Positions 17,844 to 27,494 of a stretch of DNA of 64,000 bases are shown here, piece by piece (position 1 is the first letter of the stretch; the number at the start of each line of letters is the position of its first letter). The notes under the pieces are model-generated. The model worked only from the letters and a program-made list of their open reading frames with translations. It searched no databases and had not been told where the DNA came from. The position numbers and the translations under genes are program-made. The stretch comes from Thermoplasmatota archaeon. GTDB taxonomy: Archaea > Thermoplasmatota > Penumbrarchaeia > Penumbrarchaeales > Penumbrarchaeaceae. Location of the stretch: positions 19,892 to 83,891 of the forward strand of contig JARVGK010000010.1 in the NCBI GenBank assembly GCA_029762535.1, read 5' to 3'.

Positions 17844-19169
17844 TCACAGGTCCTCGAGGACCCTCGATGCGGCATCGCGGACCGGTGCCACCTTCTCCTC
17901 GGGGCAGGATATCATCATGCACCAGGGGACCGTGGGCCTGTGCTGCAGGCTCCTGGCTATCGATGAGAGCTTGGACAAGGGGGTCGGCCTCTCCGACATA
18001 ACCTTTATATCCGTCCTCTTGAGCCTCGGCTCCGAGAGCGTGAGAGCCGGATCGGGGACGTCGATTATCACCTGTCCCTCCTTGACCCCTGCCCTTCTGG
18101 CTATCCTGTCCTCCATTACCGTCCTCGCCCTGTCGTCGGATGCCTCCCGGACGATCTCCCTGGTCCTCAATGAAAGCTCGTCATCCCCCAGGGCGTCCTC
18201 GGATTCGATCCGGAACGCGGCCTTGAAGAGCCTTCTCATCCTCAGCCTTCTTACGATATCTCCGGTCAGGCCCTCCTCCTTCCTCAGGGTGAACAGGACC
18301 TCGGCGTCCGAGAGGTTCCAGATCCCGAGGAGCCTGTCATCGTTCAATCCCGAGACCGCCCTGCAGAGCATGGATTCCGCAATTCGGGCCGTCTTGTGGA
18401 AGTACACGGACGAATACATCAGTGATCGCGCCACGAGCATGCCCTCAAGGGCGGAGATCCCCCTCTTGTGGATCATAAGCTCGCCGTTTACGAGGACCGC
18501 CGTCTGGACGATCCTGTCGATGTCTATGGTCCCGTGGGCGGCCCCCGTGTAATGGGAGTCCCTGAGAAGGAAGTCCAGCTGGTCCGCGTCCAGGGCCGAG
18601 TGGATTATCTGGCGCATGTACTGCGGCGTATCATCCCCCGCCTCCACCTCAAGAGGGAGCCTCAGTTCCACAATGCCCCCGTTCTTCTCCTGGCATACGA
18701 GAGAGGCGATGTATCCGGGGTCCAGCCCGTGCCTCTCGAGTATGTCCGGGATCCTCCGCGCCTCCCAGGACGGGTCCGTCCACTCGCTGAGGTCCAGGTC
18801 CACCATGCCTGTTATCAGGTCCCGGGTCAGCTCCATGTGGTCGAGCCCGATCCTGTCGTGGAATATGCCCTCCAGAGTGTGCGAGAAGGGGCCGTGGCCC
18901 ACGTCGTGTAGCAGTCCAGCCGCCCTGAGTATCGCGGCCTCCTCCTCGCCAAGGCCCAGCTCCCTAGCGAGCAGCCCGGCGACGAAGGATACGCCCATGG
19001 AATGCTCCAATCGCGTGTGCTGTGCCCCCGGAAACACCAGATAGGCCAATCCCAGCTGCTTTATCTGGTTCAGCCGGATGATCTGAGGGGATCCCAGAAG
19101 CTCGAGAAGGGCTCCCTCGAACCTGATCGTCCCGTGGACCGGGTCGTTTATGGTCTTGATCTCTCCCAT
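17844..19169 (-). CDS. HD-domain phosphohydrolase (SAMHD1/dNTPase-like)
   Basis: DPVHG, RLNQIKQLG, HTRLEHSMG, LLHDVGHGPFSH, DADQLDFLLRD, VYFHKT. Confidence 0.92.
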   Translation of the reverse strand: MGEIKTINDPVHGTIRFEGALLELLGSPQIIRLNQIKQLGLAYLVFPGAQHTRLEHSMGVSFVAGLLARELGLGEEEAAILRAAGLLHDVGHGPFSHTLEGIFHDRIGLDHMELTRDLITGMVDLDLSEWTDPSWEARRIPDILERHGLDPGYIASLVCQEKNGGIVELRLPLEVEAGDDTPQYMRQIIHSALDADQLDFLLRDSHYTGAAHGTIDIDRIVQTAVLVNGELMIHKRGISALEGMLVARSLMYSSVYFHKTARIAESMLCRAVSGLNDDRLLGIWNLSDAEVLFTLRKEEGLTGDIVRRLRMRRLFKAAFRIESEDALGDDELSLRTREIVREASDDRARTVMEDRIARRAGVKEGQVIIDVPDPALTLSEPRLKRTDIKVMSERPTPLSKLSSIARSLQHRPTVPWCMMISCPEEKVAPVRDAASRVLEDL

Positions 19170-19236
19170 GGAAAGGGGTCATGCGACGGAAGGGTATATG
19201 ATTTTTCACTTCAGGTCGCAAGATCGAAGACCGCGT

Positions 19237-20445
19237 TCATATGGACCCGAACTCGATCGCTATCTTTTTGCCGTATCCCCTGCATTCTTCGAGGGAGGCC
19301 TCATCGGGGTTCCAGAGGGCCTTGACGCCGTCGTCGATCACTTCGAGACCAGCATTCTCAAGAAGGCCCTTGAGCATCGACGGGGATTCCCCGCTCCATC
19401 CGTAGCAGCCGAACACGGCCGCCTTCTTCCCCTTGAAGCCAAGGCCGCGTACCTCCTCCATTATCCCGGCGACCGCGGTGAGGATCCCCCTGTTGATGGT
19501 CGGGGATCCCACAACGACCCCCTTGGACCTGAAGATCTCGGTTATCACGTCGTTCTTGTCGCTCTGGGAGAGGTTGAACAGCTTCACCACAACCTCCGGG
19601 TCCTCCAACGTCGCTCCCTTGGCGATCTCCTCGGCCATCCTTCGGGTCCCGCCCCACATGGTGTCGTACAGGATGGTTATCTGGTCCTCTTTGTAGGCCT
19701 GGGACCATTCCATGTATCTATTGACGATCTGTATCGGGTCCTTCCTCCAGATCACCCCGTGGCTGGTGCATATCATATCGAGGGGGACGTTCAGAGATAC
19801 GAACTCCTCGATCTTCCTCTTGACAAGGGCGGAGAAGGGCGTGAGTATGTTGGCGTAGTATTTCATGCACTCCGTCCACAGCTCGCAGGGGTCAACGAGA
19901 TCGTTGAACATCTTCTCCGAGGCGTAGTGCTGGCCGAAGGCATCGTTGCTGAAAAGAACGTTGTCCTCCGTCATATAACAGAACATGCTGTCGGGCCAGT
20001 GCAGCATCGGGGCCTCGATGAAGATGAGCTTCTTCCCGTTGCCCAGATCGAGGGTGTCCCCGGTCTTGACCGGATGGAAGTCCCAGTCCTTGTGATAATG
20101 ACCCTTAATCGATCTGATCCCGTTCGCAGTGCAGTATATCGGGACGTCGGGGATCTCCTCCATGAGCCGGGGTAATGCCCCGGAGTGGTCTATCTCCGCG
20201 TGGTTGGCTATGATATGATCTATCCTCGAGAGATCGATCTCCTTCTTCAGGTTCTCTACATACTCATCGGCAAAAGGAGCCCATACCGTATCGATGATCG
20301 CCACCTTCTCCTCCTCTATCAGGTAGGAGTTGTAGGTGGATCCCTTGTGGGTAGAATATTCGTCACCGTGGAACTTCCTGAGCTCCCAGTCTATCTTCCC
20401 GATCCAGCTTATGTTGTTCTTTACCTTGAGCCTCATTTCGGCCAC
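19237..20445 (-). CDS. fprA: Flavodiiron protein (FprA-type O2/NO reductase)
   Basis: GSTYNSYLI, NHAEIDHSG, HWPDSM, SNDAFGQH, SHG, and a flavodoxin domain (YDTMWGGT; FGCYGWSGE). Confidence 0.93.
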   Translation of the reverse strand: MAEMRLKVKNNISWIGKIDWELRKFHGDEYSTHKGSTYNSYLIEEEKVAIIDTVWAPFADEYVENLKKEIDLSRIDHIIANHAEIDHSGALPRLMEEIPDVPIYCTANGIRSIKGHYHKDWDFHPVKTGDTLDLGNGKKLIFIEAPMLHWPDSMFCYMTEDNVLFSNDAFGQHYASEKMFNDLVDPCELWTECMKYYANILTPFSALVKRKIEEFVSLNVPLDMICTSHGVIWRKDPIQIVNRYMEWSQAYKEDQITILYDTMWGGTRRMAEEIAKGATLEDPEVVVKLFNLSQSDKNDVITEIFRSKGVVVGSPTINRGILTAVAGIMEEVRGLGFKGKKAAVFGCYGWSGESPSMLKGLLENAGLEVIDDGVKALWNPDEASLEECRGYGKKIAIEFGSI

Positions 20446-20732
20446 CTTCTGATCAAAGGTATATATTTTATACTATATCACATGTGGAGTTTCAAATTGT
20501 ATAGCGAGGGCCGGATAAGATAGCATTTGGCCTTGATCCCGGCGCTCCCAAAGCATGGAGAGGATATGGCGGGGTAGGAAGCACTTCTTCTTTACAGTGA
20601 TCCGATCGATCTTCCGTGATGTCCGTACTTCTATGGATCCCTCGTAAAGTTAATTACGGTGTAAAGGGCCTTAAGGTAGTGTTCCTATAGGGAACATGAC
20701 AGCTCGGAAGCGGGCCTTGAGGAGGCAGAAAA

Positions 20733-23700
20733 ATGGGATCGTCGTATGCCAGGGCATTGATGGCCGCGATAGCGATGACGCTGTTCTTCGTCCCATCGGG
20801 GATGATCAGCGGCTCGGAGGATGATGTGTACGAGGCGCCCTTTGATGTTATCCAACTTACCATCGAAGGCGGCCTCGATGCGGTCTTCATCGAGAACAGG
20901 GGACAGTGGGATCCCGAGGTCATGTTCGTGGCGAGGACGGGATATGGCCAGGTCGGATTCACGAAAGACGGAATATACCACAACGTTGTGATTGTCGAGA
21001 GGACCGAGCCTGAACGAAGGGGCATGACCGGGGCGGCCTCGGCCGACTCATGCCTGGTTGGCATCGGGTTCTCGGGATCCAACCCCGCGACCCCAGTGGG
21101 CGTCGATGTTCTCCCGACCGAATACAATTACTTCCTCGGGTCCGATCCCTCAAGATGGGCCTCGGGGGTAAGCGCCTACTCGTCCATTGTTTACAGGGAT
21201 CTCTGGGACGGGATCGATCTGATATACAAAGGGGGTCCGGACGGCCTCAAGTACGACATCGTCCTTCGCCCGGGGGCGGATCCCGACTCCGTCCGGTTCG
21301 AGGTGGATGATTCGACCCTCCTCTCGGTCCGGGGAGATTCCCTCCACATAGGTACCCCTCTCGGAATGGACCTCGTCGATGGCGGGCTCAGGACATTCTA
21401 CATGGACACCATGGAGCCGATCCCTTCCTCATTTTCGTTGGATGGGGGCCTCTTCGGATTCTCGCTCTCATCCTATGATAAGGACAGGAGCGTCGTCATC
21501 GATCCGACCGTGAACCTCCTGGCCCTGAACTTCTCCACGTTCATCGGAGGAAGTAGTAGCGACTACCCTTACGAGATGGACGTGGACGCATCGGGGAACG
21601 TCTTCGTGTGCGGAGCGACATACTCTACGAACTTCCCCACCATCAGGGGGCAGTCTTACCAGGAGAGGATCAATGGATACGGCGACGCCTTCGTACTCAA
21701 GCTCGATTCCGCCGGCAGGAGCCTGCTCATCTGCACCTACATCGGAGGCTCCAGCTCTGATGAGGCCACGAGCATCAAGGTCGATGATAACGGCGACTGC
21801 TACGTCGCCGGTGTCACGACCTCGGAGGACTTCCCCACGACGAAGGACGCCTACAACGACACCCTCTACAGCAGTTCACTGGACCTATTCATACTCAAGC
21901 TCAACAGCAGGGGCAGCGATCTCATTTACTCCACGTATCTGGGCGGAGCGGATTATGATTATTTTCCCAGGATCGATATCGATGATTCCGGGAACGTCTA
22001 CCTTGCAGCCTCGACAATATCCGATAATTTTCCCATTACCTCAAATGCTTATCAGAACACGCTCATCCCCGACCCGTGGGGGGGGTGGGCCTGGGACATG
22101 GTGTTCCTCAAGATGGACCTCTCGAAAATGGATCTGATCTATTCCTCTTACCTCGGTGGCGAAGGTTCCGACATCTCCACTTCGATACGATACGACGATG
22201 CCGGCAGCGTGTACATGGGTGGCTACACGGATTCCTCGGACTTCAATGTTACCAGCGGAGCTTATCAGGGAACAATTAATGGAAGGACGGACGGATTCGT
22301 CTTCAAGTTCGACATGACGGCAAAAAGCATGACCTACTGCACCTACTTCGGAGGGACCAGCGGTAGTACATACATCAGCGACATGGACATCGACGAGTCG
22401 GGAAACGTCTATGCATGTGGTGAGACAGATTCTCAAAACCTCCCCGTTACCATCGGTGCGTACGACGCCCAGATGGACGGAGGGGCTGACGCGTTCGTCA
22501 TGCGCCTCAACTCCGCAGGGAGCGGGCTAGTATTCTGCACCTTCGCCGGCGGTTCGGGATACGAAAGCTTCCAGGGCATAAGCCTGGACGATGAACTGGA
22601 CATCCATCTCTCGGGGTATATCTACGACACCTTCGATTTCCCCATGCCGAACGGCGTGTTCCAGCCTTCGGCCGGTGGCGGATTGCAGGAGGGTGTGTAC
22701 ATGAAGCTCTCGAACGACGGCAGCGAGAACCTCTACTCAACGTACGTCGGGGGGGTCAGCTATGATGAATGCACGGATGTGGTAGTGTGCCCGAACAGCC
22801 AGGAGCCGATCGTACTCGGGTCCACATCTTCCTCCGACTTCCCGACCAAGGGCGGGTCCTACGACACCACCCACAACGGGGCCGACGATATCTTCGTGCT
22901 CAAGCTCATACTCTCCCTGCCCCCGGACCCGCCGGGGACCCCTGTCGCGTCAGCGGGCGATTCCTTCGTCAACCTCTCATGGGATCCCCCCGCCATCGAC
23001 GGAGGGGCTCCTGTCACCGATTACGAGGTGCATCGAGGGACCAAGTCCGGATCCCTCTCGAGGATCGCCTTCACGGAAGGGAACAGCTCGTACAACGATA
23101 CCTCCGTCACCAACGGGATCAAGTACTACTATGCCGTCCTCGCCGTTAACAGGATGGGGCCGGGAAAGCTCTCCGACGAGATCATTGCCCTGCCGGCGAC
23201 CGTTCCCACGCCTCCCCGTAACGTCGTGGCAAGATACAGCAACAGGTTCGTCAACCTGACGTGGATCGCTCCGGAGGACGACGGAGGCCTCGTGCTTCAG
23301 GGCTTTTATCTCTACAAGTTCACCGGGTCATCGCAGACCCCCGAGGTCTCCACGATAGAGCCCTACATCAAGACCTATTCCGACGAATCGGTCACGAACG
23401 GCATCAACTACCGCTATTTCCTCACCGCCTTCAATACCATGGGGGAATCCCCGCCCTCGATCGAGGTAAACGCGACCCCGAGGACAAGGCCGGGGATGGT
23501 GGAGGACGTGGTCATAAGTACGGGACCTGAGTTCATCAGCCTGAGATGGAGCGCCCCTGAATGGGACGGCGGCAGCCCGATCCTGAACTACACCATATTC
23601 AGGGCGGTCCAGAGCGGGTCCTTCGCGAGATACGTCACCCTCCCGGCGATGCCGAGGATCTTCAACGACACGGGGCTGGAGAACGGCCTCAGATATCGAT

Positions 23701-25367
23701 ACAAGCTCATAGCCCTCAACTCGGAAGGGTCGGGCGATCCCACGGACGAGGTCTCGGCCGTTCCTCTTGATCGGCCCTCCATGCCAACGAACTTCGAGGT
23801 GGAGGCGTTCTCCAACTCCGTCAAGATAACGTGGGGGCAGCCGTTGAGGGATGGTGGCACCCCGGTGCTGGGCTTCAACATCTACCGCGCGGAAAAGAGC
23901 ATGATATGGAGCAACATTCGAGAGCTAGACGTACTGGACGAGTCCTACACGGACAACAGCGTCATCAACGGAAGGACGTACATCTACAGGATGACGGCCC
24001 TAAACGATGTGGGCGAATCGGAACACACCGAAGAGATCAACGTAACGCCCCTCGGCAGGCCCGGATCGCCGATGGGTTACAACATAGAGGCCGGGGACAG
24101 GTTCGTTATCCTGAGCTGGGAGACGCCCCTCGACCACGGAGGGACCCCCGTCACCGGATTCAAGGTGTTCAGGGGCGAGTCCTCGCAGGAGATGGGGCTA
24201 TACGCAACCATTGAAGGCCCGGAACACACCTACAACGACACAAAGGTCAAGAACGGCCTCACATATTATTACAAGGTAGCGGCGACGAACGCCGTTGGCG
24301 ACGGGCCCTTCACGGAAGCGAAGAGCGCAAGGCCCGCTTGGGTCCCGTCCCCTCCGTCGAACGTTCAGGTGACACCAGGGGACGGATTCGTGGACATATC
24401 CTGGGGACCTCCCATGAACGACGGCGGTGACCCGGTCACCGAGCTCAGGATTTTCAGGGGAACTGACCCGAACTCAAGCGTCCCCCTCCTTACATCCAGC
24501 GTCCTAACCGGATCCTACAGGGACACGACGGTGACCAACGGTGTGGAGTATTATTACAGCATGTCCTCATCTAATTCCATAGGGGAGAGCATCAGGACCA
24601 CTCCGGCTCCCGCGATGCCCTCGGGCAAACCCACTGCGCCCAGGAACGTCATCTCGACCGCAGGTTCCGGGTCAGTTAGGGTGACCTGGGATGCGCCATC
24701 CAGCACGGGCGGTCTTCCCCTCACTGGCTACAATATATACAGGACATCGACCACGAAAGGCAGCATTCTCATCGGGGACGTCGGCCCGGATGTTCTGGAG
24801 TACAGCGACCGCAACGTTGTCTCCGGTGGGACGTATCTTTACAGGATCTCCGCGGTGAATGCGAACGGCGAGGGCCCGCAGTCAGAGTCCGTAGAGGCCT
24901 ACATCACCGAAAAAGCGGACCACACTCTGGTCATCGTCGTCGCTTCCATGATCGTCCTGGTAATGATCATACTCGCCATCGCGCTCGCGGTCTTCCTATC
25001 GAGGAAAAAGAAGAAACAACAGCAGATGCCGCAGCAGGCCCCTGCCCCTGGCATGATGGCGCCTCCGCCTTACCCGCTCGCCGCGGGCCAGGCGTACCCG
25101 GGGATGATGATGCCCGCCCCGTCCACGCCCCTCCCGCCCGGCACCCCGCAGGAAGGGCTGCCTCCCAGCGAACCGCGGGTATCCCTGCCCGTGTATCAAA
25201 ATGAGGAGGCCCCGGTGGAGGACGAGCCTGAGAAGAGCGATCCCGGGGAACATGTCCAACAGGAAGAGAACGAGGGAACATCCGTCGAACCTCCGATCGA
25301 TGCATCGCCAGAGCCCGAGGTCCAGGACGACGACCCGTTGAAGGGTTTCTACAACGAGGAGCAATAA
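20733..25367 (+). CDS. Large surface protein: N-terminal domain, SBBP beta-propeller repeats, about 7 FN3 repeats, TM anchor and Pro/Gln/acidic tail
   Basis: FIENRGQW, YNYFLG, STFIGGS repeats, and repeated W..P..DGG.P..Y...N.TY.Y.V.A.N..G FN3 units. TM followed by RKKKK. Confidence 0.88.
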   Translation: MGSSYARALMAAIAMTLFFVPSGMISGSEDDVYEAPFDVIQLTIEGGLDAVFIENRGQWDPEVMFVARTGYGQVGFTKDGIYHNVVIVERTEPERRGMTGAASADSCLVGIGFSGSNPATPVGVDVLPTEYNYFLGSDPSRWASGVSAYSSIVYRDLWDGIDLIYKGGPDGLKYDIVLRPGADPDSVRFEVDDSTLLSVRGDSLHIGTPLGMDLVDGGLRTFYMDTMEPIPSSFSLDGGLFGFSLSSYDKDRSVVIDPTVNLLALNFSTFIGGSSSDYPYEMDVDASGNVFVCGATYSTNFPTIRGQSYQERINGYGDAFVLKLDSAGRSLLICTYIGGSSSDEATSIKVDDNGDCYVAGVTTSEDFPTTKDAYNDTLYSSSLDLFILKLNSRGSDLIYSTYLGGADYDYFPRIDIDDSGNVYLAASTISDNFPITSNAYQNTLIPDPWGGWAWDMVFLKMDLSKMDLIYSSYLGGEGSDISTSIRYDDAGSVYMGGYTDSSDFNVTSGAYQGTINGRTDGFVFKFDMTAKSMTYCTYFGGTSGSTYISDMDIDESGNVYACGETDSQNLPVTIGAYDAQMDGGADAFVMRLNSAGSGLVFCTFAGGSGYESFQGISLDDELDIHLSGYIYDTFDFPMPNGVFQPSAGGGLQEGVYMKLSNDGSENLYSTYVGGVSYDECTDVVVCPNSQEPIVLGSTSSSDFPTKGGSYDTTHNGADDIFVLKLILSLPPDPPGTPVASAGDSFVNLSWDPPAIDGGAPVTDYEVHRGTKSGSLSRIAFTEGNSSYNDTSVTNGIKYYYAVLAVNRMGPGKLSDEIIALPATVPTPPRNVVARYSNRFVNLTWIAPEDDGGLVLQGFYLYKFTGSSQTPEVSTIEPYIKTYSDESVTNGINYRYFLTAFNTMGESPPSIEVNATPRTRPGMVEDVVISTGPEFISLRWSAPEWDGGSPILNYTIFRAVQSGSFARYVTLPAMPRIFNDTGLENGLRYRYKLIALNSEGSGDPTDEVSAVPLDRPSMPTNFEVEAFSNSVKITWGQPLRDGGTPVLGFNIYRAEKSMIWSNIRELDVLDESYTDNSVINGRTYIYRMTALNDVGESEHTEEINVTPLGRPGSPMGYNIEAGDRFVILSWETPLDHGGTPVTGFKVFRGESSQEMGLYATIEGPEHTYNDTKVKNGLTYYYKVAATNAVGDGPFTEAKSARPAWVPSPPSNVQVTPGDGFVDISWGPPMNDGGDPVTELRIFRGTDPNSSVPLLTSSVLTGSYRDTTVTNGVEYYYSMSSSNSIGESIRTTPAPAMPSGKPTAPRNVISTAGSGSVRVTWDAPSSTGGLPLTGYNIYRTSTTKGSILIGDVGPDVLEYSDRNVVSGGTYLYRISAVNANGEGPQSESVEAYITEKADHTLVIVVASMIVLVMIILAIALAVFLSRKKKKQQQMPQQAPAPGMMAPPPYPLAAGQAYPGMMMPAPSTPLPPGTPQEGLPPSEPRVSLPVYQNEEAPVEDEPEKSDPGEHVQQEENEGTSVEPPIDASPEPEVQDDDPLKGFYNEEQ

Positions 25368-25393
25368 GGGCTTCCTCCATCTATTTATCCGAA

Positions 25394-26278
25394 ATGGGCC
25401 ATACATGTGCCATGACGGACCTGACCGATGAGGAGCGAACCCTGCTCCGCTCCTATCTGACATACGATTCCGGCCGAGGGGATCCCTCGACGATGCCCCT
25501 TGAAGGCCTCTCGGGAAAGGCGATGGTCCTGGCCGAGGGTGACTGCTTGCTCTCTGGGCTGGAGGCGGCCGTTCACCTCTTCGAGATCTCGGGCTGCGAG
25601 GTCATTGTTCCAGAAGGCATGGAAAGCGGCGGAAAGGTGGTCGATGGGTGGACGGTCCTCGAGGTGAGGGGGCCACTGCCGGGGATGCTCCGGTGCGAAC
25701 GGACGGCGCTAAACGTCCTTTCCAGGATGTCATCCATAGCGACATACGCCTCCGAGCTGGTCGATATGGTCCGTTCCTCTGGGTCCGACTGCCGCCTGGC
25801 TGGAACGAGGAAGACCACCCCGGGCTTCGGACCATTCGAGAAGCGCGCCCTCATCGACGGCGGTGCACTGCCGCACAGGATGACCCTCTCCGATGCGTGC
25901 ATGTTCAAGGACAATCACATTGCGTCCCTCAAAGTGAACGGTTCGAGCCTGAAGGAAGCTTTGGAGGCCGTTCGAAAAATGCGGGGTCCCTATCTTCTCA
26001 TCGAGGCGGAGGCCGAGGATGGGGAAACGGCCATGGAGGCTCTCACATCCGGTGCGGACGTTATCATGATAGACAACGCCACTATTGCGTCCTTCACAGA
26101 CCTGGCAATGGAACTAAGGCAGAGGGCGCGCGAACTCGGAAGGAGCATCGTCATCGAGGCATCGGGAGGGATCGATGCTTCGAACCTGCTGGAATATACC
26201 CCCCACGCCGATGTCGTTTCAATGGGCGCCCTAACCTATCCCCCGGTCCATGTCTCGTTCAGAATGGAGATCATCTGA
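25394..26278 (+). CDS. nadC: Nicotinate-nucleotide pyrophosphorylase (quinolinate phosphoribosyltransferase)
   Basis: ERTALN, GTRKTTPG, HRMTLSD, KDNH, IMIDN, EASGGI. Confidence 0.93.
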   Translation: MGHTCAMTDLTDEERTLLRSYLTYDSGRGDPSTMPLEGLSGKAMVLAEGDCLLSGLEAAVHLFEISGCEVIVPEGMESGGKVVDGWTVLEVRGPLPGMLRCERTALNVLSRMSSIATYASELVDMVRSSGSDCRLAGTRKTTPGFGPFEKRALIDGGALPHRMTLSDACMFKDNHIASLKVNGSSLKEALEAVRKMRGPYLLIEAEAEDGETAMEALTSGADVIMIDNATIASFTDLAMELRQRARELGRSIVIEASGGIDASNLLEYTPHADVVSMGALTYPPVHVSFRMEII

Positions 26279-26328
26279 GCGCTCATGTGCACAAAAGTAT
26301 TATTAAACAGTGCGTACATATTTCATCA

Positions 26329-26428
26329 GCGGCGGAGCGCAGAATGACTTCTTCATCCCCCAGAACCCCCCCTAATCACCCGCGCTCCGTCAAGGCGGGG
26401 AGAGGTCTCCCCGCCGTACCCTCCTCTT
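26329..26428 (+). ncRNA. Candidate small RNA (two stems, C-rich loop)
   Basis: BRE/TATA-like AAAAGTATTATTAAA at 26293-26307. A 10-bp stem 26331-26340/26382-26391 with one G-U on +, and a hairpin at 26394-26415. Confidence 0.45.
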
Positions 26429-26471
26429 GGCAAGGGTTAAGTTTTTATGCCTTTTCGCTTTGGGCGGGCAT

Positions 26472-26969
26472 GTGAAGGCACTCGTCGTCTATTACACCCG
26501 AACGGGAAGGACCCAAGCAGCTGCGAGACAGGTCTCCGAGATCCTCAAATGCGATGTCGAAGGCATCAGGGAGGGTATGTCAAGAAAAGGGCTTCTCGGC
26601 TATCTTCGCTCGGGGATCGACGGCCTGTTGAAGAGGCGCTCACCGATAATCCCTCCCAGAAAGGACCCCTCCAAATACGATCTTCTGATACTCGGGACCC
26701 CACTCTGGGCGGGAAGGATATCCTCCCCGGCCCGCTCGTATCTGGCGGGATTCGCCAGGTCCCTACCCCCTACGATACTTCTGTGCACATCCTCGGGGAC
26801 AGCGACGAAGGATGTATCCAGCGATTTCGAGGCGGAGGCCGGGAACGAACCTCTCGACGTCCATTTCGTAAGCGAGGAAGAGGCATCGGATCCAAGGACC
26901 ATCGTCGGGTTGAGGATATTCCTCGACCGGGTCCTCGAAAGGTTCTCCACTGGTACGATGCCGGCATGA
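26472..26969 (+). CDS. Flavodoxin family protein
   Basis: VVYYTRTGRT, YDLLILGTPLWAG; GTG start. Confidence 0.85.
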   Translation: MKALVVYYTRTGRTQAAARQVSEILKCDVEGIREGMSRKGLLGYLRSGIDGLLKRRSPIIPPRKDPSKYDLLILGTPLWAGRISSPARSYLAGFARSLPPTILLCTSSGTATKDVSSDFEAEAGNEPLDVHFVSEEEASDPRTIVGLRIFLDRVLERFSTGTMPA

Positions 26970-27016
26970 TAAGGTTTATCACCCAACAGGGCCTTCATGA
27001 GACCCGGGGGAATCAA

Positions 27017-27418
27017 ATGGCCAGGAGACGGACGTTCGGAAATTTCTTCACGTTCAGATGGATGATCACTCCGGGGATCATCAGAATATTCTACGTCATA
27101 GGACTGATACTTGACAATCTGCTTCTGCTCGCGGCCACGATCGGAGGCATAGCCGCGATGATAATCATCGGAAGGGACCTGGAACTGGATACGCTCATCA
27201 TCGTCGGTTCCATCGTTGGCATCCTGGTGCTGTCCCTCATCACGTTCATCATTATGAACCTGTTATGGAGGATGTTCTGCGAGCAGATCATACTCTTCTT
27301 CTCGTTGCACGAGATGCTATCGACCATCGAGGGGGATGTCAGGGAGCGGATCAAGGAGCGTAAGAGAAAGGAGAAGGAGGAAAAAGAAGAAGAGGTCGCC
27401 TCCTCCGACGAAGAATGA
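27017..27418 (+). CDS. DUF4282-like membrane protein
   Basis: FFTFRWMITPGIIRIFYVIG...LWRMFCEQIILFFSLHE, with a GGGGGG RBS-like run upstream. Confidence 0.75.
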   Translation: MARRRTFGNFFTFRWMITPGIIRIFYVIGLILDNLLLLAATIGGIAAMIIIGRDLELDTLIIVGSIVGILVLSLITFIIMNLLWRMFCEQIILFFSLHEMLSTIEGDVRERIKERKRKEKEEKEEEVASSDEE

Positions 27419-27494
27419 ACGCCCTTCGCTTGCAAAAAAGGTTTTAACGGGCTTATCTTCACCCCATGGTACCGCTCGTCAAAGGTGATATGAG

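Noticed and set aside
26447-27016. N-terminal extension of the 323-aa ORF (likewise 32451-32951 for rpe)
   Set aside because: The extensions overlap real genes in another frame. True starts are at 27017 and 32952, with RBS-like sequences.
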